From: an uncultured Candidatus Saccharibacteria bacterium
GTDB taxonomy: Bacteria > Patescibacteriota > Dojkabacteria > SC72
NCBI GenBank assembly: GCA_964621555.1
Contig: CAZUOO010000002.1
Span: 1-51,761, forward strand
Reading direction: 5' to 3'
DNA length: 51,761 nucleotides
Part shown: positions 48,055 through 51,761 of the stretch, piece by piece
How positions within the stretch are numbered: the first letter of the stretch is position 1
Layout: each line of letters begins with the position of its first letter
The notes under the pieces: model-generated
Told to the model about the DNA's origin: nothing
Databases searched by the model: none
What the model saw: the letters and a program-made list of their open reading frames with translations, nothing else
Program-made: the position numbers and the translations under genes

Positions 48055-49269
48055 ATGTTTATTGCTCATGGACCATTAAGTGCACTCCTTATGGAGAAGA
48101 TTAGAAGAAGATACTTCAACAAGATTGATGGGAAATTTATTCCTGGATTTATCATTCTAACAATTCTAGCAGGCATTCTTCCTGACTTCGATTTCTTCAT
48201 ACTAGCTGCACAAGCTAAACCCGCCTTCCTACACCATAGCCTCATTACACATACCCCAATATTCTGGATAGCAGTATCGGGAGTAGTATATATAGTACTG
48301 AAGTTTGTACAAAGATATGCCAAGGAAGCTATTGGTACCTTCCTTAAAAATGGGGGTACAAACTTGATTACACTATCACTCCTAATTGGTTCACTATCTC
48401 ACGTATTCTCAGATATGTTCACTGGTCACATCATGATCCTATACCCTCTCACTTCCAAGGCCTTCACATTAACTGCAAATATTCTCCCCATTAATCCAAT
48501 CACCTCATACTTCTTCCACCCGTTCTTCATTGTGGAGTTAGGTATGGTATTAATATTCCTAGCTGTAATAACTCCGCTCCTATTCAATATTCCTCTTAAA
48601 ATACAGCGCATTGTAACAGGGGCATCAATTCTAATTATCACAATACTGCTTGTCGGCACTACATACCTTCATCAAAACACATACAATCCCGGACTACCTA
48701 AAGACAGTAGAGGGATGTATGTATATGACAGGGATGAGGATTACGTCCACGACTATAGGGATTATGATATTAACAACAACGGAATTGATAATATTGAGGA
48801 TGCCAATAGAAATGTAATAGCGAAGAATGCTAAAACCATAATTATGAGCAATACACTTGCCACATTTAACAACCCTAGATTAGAGAGGATTGGATACATT
48901 TCTCCATTTGGCCTCATATCAGCAACGTACTATAAGTCGGGATATACATTAGAGCCTGTGATAAAGAGAATACTTTCAAGTCAAGATCAAGACCTAGATA
49001 TTCGATACAACCTCAATACATACTACGATACGCTCACAGTTAAAGATGGCCTTAGAAAGATAGATAGAGGGGCTCTAAATATAGGTAAAGCAGATTTAGG
49101 AAAGACAATATTTATAATTGTTGATGGAAAAGTGGAGACGGCAGGGATAATAATAGAAGGGGGATATATAGCAACCGTCTTTAAAAATGACAGGAGGCTG
49201 AAACTACATACAATAGATGAGTTTATAGAGCAGTTTAAAGATGGAGCTACTTTAGAAATTGAGCGATAA
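48055..49269 (+). CDS. Membrane-bound metal-dependent hydrolase-like (DUF457/YdjM) domain fused to a soluble C-terminal domain of about 200 aa
   Basis: Start ATG 48055 (MFIAHGPLS). His-rich TM motifs HHSLITHTPIFW and SHVFSDMFTGHIMILYPL are present. The C-terminal part contains an Asp/Asn-rich loop, DYDINNNGIDNIED. Confidence 0.65.
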   Translation: MFIAHGPLSALLMEKIRRRYFNKIDGKFIPGFIILTILAGILPDFDFFILAAQAKPAFLHHSLITHTPIFWIAVSGVVYIVLKFVQRYAKEAIGTFLKNGGTNLITLSLLIGSLSHVFSDMFTGHIMILYPLTSKAFTLTANILPINPITSYFFHPFFIVELGMVLIFLAVITPLLFNIPLKIQRIVTGASILIITILLVGTTYLHQNTYNPGLPKDSRGMYVYDRDEDYVHDYRDYDINNNGIDNIEDANRNVIAKNAKTIIMSNTLATFNNPRLERIGYISPFGLISATYYKSGYTLEPVIKRILSSQDQDLDIRYNLNTYYDTLTVKDGLRKIDRGALNIGKADLGKTIFIIVDGKVETAGIIIEGGYIATVFKNDRRLKLHTIDEFIEQFKDGATLEIER

Positions 49270-49801
49270 AGGATTCCACCGCTCTACTTAAAGACTCGTC
49301 TAACTTTGTACTACTCTCTGGGGTAAGTTTCTGCAGTACATATTGATCTGAAGGAATAGTTCTATCCACCCTATCATCCACACCAATTCTCAATCTATTG
49401 AATTCAATACTTTTAAGTTTGGACTCAATATCATTCACTCCATTATGACCTTTAGGACTAATTCCAAACTGTATTTTAAATTCACCTAGTTTAATATCTA
49501 AATCGTCATGAGCCAGATATAATTCTTTGTGGTAGTGATCGATACCCTTCTTTGCCATGTATTTGGCAACTACTTCTCCCGACCTATTCATAAAGAGCAT
49601 AGGCTTAATTAGTACAATCTCATTGTCACCTACCTGCGCTTTGGATATCTCACAATCAAATGCGGACTCCCTTTTCCAAGGTGACATAGGTACATTCATT
49701 GAGAGTAGTTCATCATGTAGCTTATCTACAAACATAAATCCTGCATTGTGCCTAGATTGTGAATACTGACTACCTGGATTTCCTAAACCTACAACTATCA
49801 T
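49247..49801 (-). CDS. pth: Peptidyl-tRNA hydrolase
   Basis: MIVVGLGNPGSQYSQSRHNAGF and GHNGVNDI are present. Confidence 0.95.
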   Translation of the reverse strand: MIVVGLGNPGSQYSQSRHNAGFMFVDKLHDELLSMNVPMSPWKRESAFDCEISKAQVGDNEIVLIKPMLFMNRSGEVVAKYMAKKGIDHYHKELYLAHDDLDIKLGEFKIQFGISPKGHNGVNDIESKLKSIEFNRLRIGVDDRVDRTIPSDQYVLQKLTPESSTKLDESLSRAVESFIAQFLK

Positions 49802-49802
49802 A

Positions 49803-50099
49803 TTACTTCCTAATTATATTATTTAATATCTCTTCCTGTTTTTTAAACATATCTTCAGAGTCACTCTTTAGTATATCGAATTTCCCTTTATGGTCTAGTC
49901 CATGTATATGCAAAATCCCATGAACAATCATACGTAGTATCTCCTCCATGAACTTTCCCCCACGATATCTTCGATATATATATGAAGGACAGATATATAC
50001 CTCATTACTCTCATCATCTATATTAAAAGACAGTACATCTGTAGCTTCATTAACTTTGCGAAACTCGCTATTCAATCTCTTCATCTCGGTACTTCCCAC
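49803..50099 (-). CDS. ybeY: rRNA maturation endoribonuclease YbeY (the conserved frame extends upstream to about 50228 without a canonical start)
   Basis: HGILHIHGLDH zinc motif and TDVLSF. The track ORF starts at a GTG at 50099, but the frame stays open to 50234 and encodes a YbeY-like N-terminus. Confidence 0.85.
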   Translation of the reverse strand: MGSTEMKRLNSEFRKVNEATDVLSFNIDDESNEVYICPSYIYRRYRGGKFMEEILRMIVHGILHIHGLDHKGKFDILKSDSEDMFKKQEEILNNIIRK

Positions 50100-50241
50100 G
50101 AAGATAATGGAGATTGGCAGTTTGGTGTAGGCGGTGGGGAGAAGAGATATAGCACGAGAGATATTCGTTTTACTTAATGTCGAATATTTATCTAGATATT
50201 TAGGGTTGAGGAGATTAACTATCTTTATGGGTAATTATAAG

Positions 50242-50685
50242 TTATTTGGAAAGGAGCTCCTTTACCACCTTACTCACCAAAGCCCCATCAGCCTTTCCTT
50301 TGAGCTCCTTCATTGCCAGTCCGATAATCATACCCATTTCACGTATTGTGGCATTTGGAGTACCTTCAAGCACCTTAGATACAACCTTGGTAACGTCTTG
50401 CTCACTCATCAATGATGGAAGGTATACATTTAGTGTATCCATCTGCTCCTTCTCATGATTTGCAAGGTCTTCTCTTCCTCCTACCTTATACTGATTATAT
50501 GCATCTTCAAGTTTCTTAACTTCCTTTCTTACAATTTCAACAACCTGTTCTTCACTTAACTCCCCTTTATCTATCTGTACATTCTTTATGGACGCAAGTG
50601 CCATACCTAGTATTTCAGCACGTGAAATGAGACCATCTTTCCTGGCCTTAAACATATCGTTTCGAATGGAATCAACTATACTCAT
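50242..50685 (-). CDS. yqeY: GatB/YqeY domain protein
   Basis: 147 aa. MSIVDSIRNDMFKARKDG...ILGMALASIKN and the C-terminal GKADGALVSKVVKELL are family-typical. Confidence 0.85.
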   Translation of the reverse strand: MSIVDSIRNDMFKARKDGLISRAEILGMALASIKNVQIDKGELSEEQVVEIVRKEVKKLEDAYNQYKVGGREDLANHEKEQMDTLNVYLPSLMSEQDVTKVVSKVLEGTPNATIREMGMIIGLAMKELKGKADGALVSKVVKELLSK

Positions 50686-50707
50686 AGTATATAAGTATAT
50701 GAATTAT

Positions 50708-50908
50708 TTACTTAGCTTTTCTGCTTGCGCTCCTTCTTCTTCTTTTTGTTTTTGCGTAAGCTCTTCGCTTCTCTGCATCAACAACAGATTTCTTAACTCT
50801 GAAAGCCTTTTCTCTGTATGTTTCGAGAATCTTCTCTCTAAGGACTTCTCTGTGAAGTCTTCTTAAAGCGCTATCTACATTTTCATTTGAGTGTACTATT
50901 ACTGCCAC
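50708..50908 (-). CDS. rpsU: 30S ribosomal protein S21
   Basis: 66 aa with a GTG start. VDSALRRLHREVLREKILE...KRRAYAKTKRRRR is present. Confidence 0.9.
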   Translation of the reverse strand: MAVIVHSNENVDSALRRLHREVLREKILETYREKAFRVKKSVVDAEKRRAYAKTKRRRRSASRKAK

Positions 50909-50955
50909 AAAAGTATAATTATAACTAAGTCGAGGTGATTATAGCATATGGTTGA

Positions 50956-51761
50956 TTAGCTGACTACCCTCTTTTCAAATTTCTCACGGCTTTTTCTCAA
51001 TCTGCCTTCTGGAGTGATATTATCCGCTAATTTACCGAACATTTTATTAACTCCTGTTTCAAAAGGATCAATAAATACATATGCTAATGCTACAAGGATT
51101 AGGAATACACCCACAGCAAGTCTAGATTGAACAGTGTCGAATATTGCAGTATCAGGGATATCACATGATGCAATGATTGTTTCATCCACAACTATATTTT
51201 CATCAGAACCCACAGGTGTAATCTCCGCTTTATTGTAGTATGTACCAAAGGCTGTCTTAGGTACTACGATTGTATATGTAAAGGTTTTGGTTTGTCCTGG
51301 GTTGAACTTAGCAGCATCTCCAGTTAGGTTCCATGTTATAACATTTCCCTCAACGGTGGCTCCCGGATTAATGGTTTGTAATTGTATGTAGCTACTTTGT
51401 ACCTTGGTATCCAATGTATCTACAATCTTACTAATCTCCTTTATTTCTTCCGCTGAGTTTGTGATTGTAATGGTGTAGTTGAGTTGTACCTTAACATCGT
51501 TAGGGTCACTGTCTACACACATTCTTGCTGCATTCTTATCTACTACCCATTCGTCTTGTACAACCGCAGTTGTAAACTCACGTGAGGCTTTACAACTTGC
51601 TCCTGTTACTCCCTTAGTATCTTTCCATTCCGCACTTATCACTTTATCTCCTTCTGTTGTAGCGGTGTATGTATAGCACCACTTAACAGGTTTCTTACCT
51701 GCATATTGTGTACAGATTGGATCTGCTGGATTGGTACATGCATCAGTTACAGTTGCCTTCC
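50956..51761 (-). CDS. Surface protein with DUF11/CARDB-like repeat domain and a C-terminal TM anchor (5' end runs off the window)
   Basis: The frame stays open from 51642 to the window edge (KATVTDACTNPADPICTQYAGKKPVKWCYTYTATTEGDK...). Motifs: VQLNYTITITNS...VITWNLTG...GQTKTFTYTIVVPK...YYNKAEITP. Then IPDTA plus the hydrophobic helix LAVGVFLILVALAYVFI. Confidence 0.7.
   Translation of the reverse strand, partial: KATVTDACTNPADPICTQYAGKKPVKWCYTYTATTEGDKVISAEWKDTKGVTGASCKASREFTTAVVQDEWVVDKNAARMCVDSDPNDVKVQLNYTITITNSAEEIKEISKIVDTLDTKVQSSYIQLQTINPGATVEGNVITWNLTGDAAKFNPGQTKTFTYTIVVPKTAFGTYYNKAEITPVGSDENIVVDETIIASCDIPDTAIFDTVQSRLAVGVFLILVALAYVFIDPFETGVNKMFGKLADNITPEGRLRKSREKFEKRVVS

Noticed and set aside
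1-51761. Alternative genetic code (UGA as sense, code 4/25)
   Set aside because: All conserved genes are full length under the standard code with no in-frame TGA. TGA appears avoided rather than reassigned, as reported in the stop-codon finding.
1-51761. CRISPR arrays, rRNA genes, transposases, prophage or toxin-antitoxin/defence cassettes
   Set aside because: I saw no regularly spaced direct repeats, no rRNA-like conserved stretches, and no DDE/HUH transposase, phage structural or recognisable defence proteins in any frame. The only recombinase is a Xer-type housekeeping enzyme.

Overview
AT-rich, very gene-dense window. About 55 CDS and 2 tRNAs; roughly 80% of genes are on the minus strand, and many neighbours overlap by 1-25 nt. 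Most of the content is housekeeping: ruvC-ruvA-ruvB, yebC, rluD, dnaB, rpmE-prfA-prmC, rpsF-ssb-rpsR, ychF, cca, cysS, dnaX-ybaB-recR, mfd, pth, ybeY, yqeY, rpsU, tRNA-Leu(CAA) and tRNA-Ser(UGA). Envelope genes suggest a monoderm: a sortase, an LCP/LytR_C protein, an HtrA protease, an S41 protease and a transglutaminase-like protein. An archaeal-type AMP phosphorylase / ribose-1,5-bisphosphate isomerase pair is also present. Together with minimal Mfd and Xer variants and extended ribosomal proteins, this fits a small-genome Patescibacteria/CPR-like bacterium; that placement is inference only. The standard genetic code fits. No rRNA, CRISPR array, transposase or prophage was seen. The best candidate for something undescribed is a plus-strand four-gene island (35978-40439). 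It encodes two signal-peptide, Thr/Ser/Gly-rich proteins that share a C-terminal domain ending in a conserved YSE[DN][IV]xFI....Y strand, followed by two paralogous proteins with a signal peptide and a C-terminal membrane anchor. The layout recalls Csc/WxL-DUF916 surface-complex loci of Lactobacillales but is highly divergent. Other points of interest: an orphan type-IV-coupling-protein-like ATPase; an overlapping pair of unknown proteins (19902-22296); near-absence of TGA stops (manual tally 29 TAA / 21 TAG / 1 TGA); a ybeY with no canonical start codon for its conserved N-terminus; a CsoR-like repressor lacking metal ligands just upstream of the sortase; and two unexplained ~400-bp non-coding gaps. 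All calls come from reading the translations and manual motif recognition. No searches were run.
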